Program-made: the position numbers and the translations under genes
Shown here: in pieces, positions 63,933 through 64,000 of the stretch
Layout: each line of letters begins with the position of its first letter
Position numbering within the stretch: the stretch's first letter is position 1
NCBI GenBank assembly: GCA_965199955.1
Contig: CBDATQ010000001.1
Coordinates: forward strand, 1,024,001 to 1,088,000
Length of the DNA: 64,000 nucleotides
DNA from: Spirochaetia bacterium
Lineage (GTDB): Bacteria; Spirochaetota; Spirochaetia; SZUA-6; Bin103
Direction of reading: 5' to 3'
Notes under the pieces: model-generated
The model's database searches: none
What the model was told of the DNA's origin: nothing
The model's input: only the letters and a program-made list of their open reading frames with translations

Positions 63933-64000
63933 ATGGGTGTGACCGATCCGGTAGCGGACATGCTGGCCAAGATCCGCAACGCGGGCATGGCCGGCCACGA
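63933..64000 (+). CDS. rpsH: 30S ribosomal protein S8 (5' part only)
   Basis: MGVTDPVADMLAKIRNA; position after rpsN. Confidence 0.92.
   Translation, partial: MGVTDPVADMLAKIRNAGMAGH

Overview
This window comes from a high-GC bacterial chromosome, probably Spirochaetota. That assignment is inferred from RpoB Asn at the E. coli S531-equivalent position and from spirochaete-like L29, S12 and EF-Tu sequences. It has three zones. (1) 1-33.5 kb is accessory and metabolic: ABC systems, a ThDP enzyme, an orphan Xre/MbcA-type antitoxin, an oxidoreductase-aminotransferase pair, MFS transporters, a complete IS1634-family element with IRs and a target duplication, a GGT, a Gld-like ABC module, ligA and an FGGY kinase. 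(2) 33.5-41.2 kb holds an M90 peptidase and dnaE-yggT-recG-rsmD. (3) 41.2-64 kb is the intact core cluster: tRNA-Thr, rpmG, tRNA-Trp, secE-nusG-rplKAJL-rpoBC, then the str, S10 and start of the spc operons. Most notable are: a 21.8-25.7 kb mosaic of gene fragments fused at apparent deletion junctions; a collapsed gene resembling RiPP-associated isoaspartyl methyltransferases, sitting directly upstream of a two-gene ABC exporter; a HIT gene missing its histidine triad; several short tandem duplications, one inside L33; and substitutions at drug-binding positions of S12 (K43R, P91A) and RpoB. I found no intact novel multi-gene system. The best candidate, the methyltransferase plus exporter, appears to be a remnant. 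All family calls come from motif recognition by eye, with no database searches.
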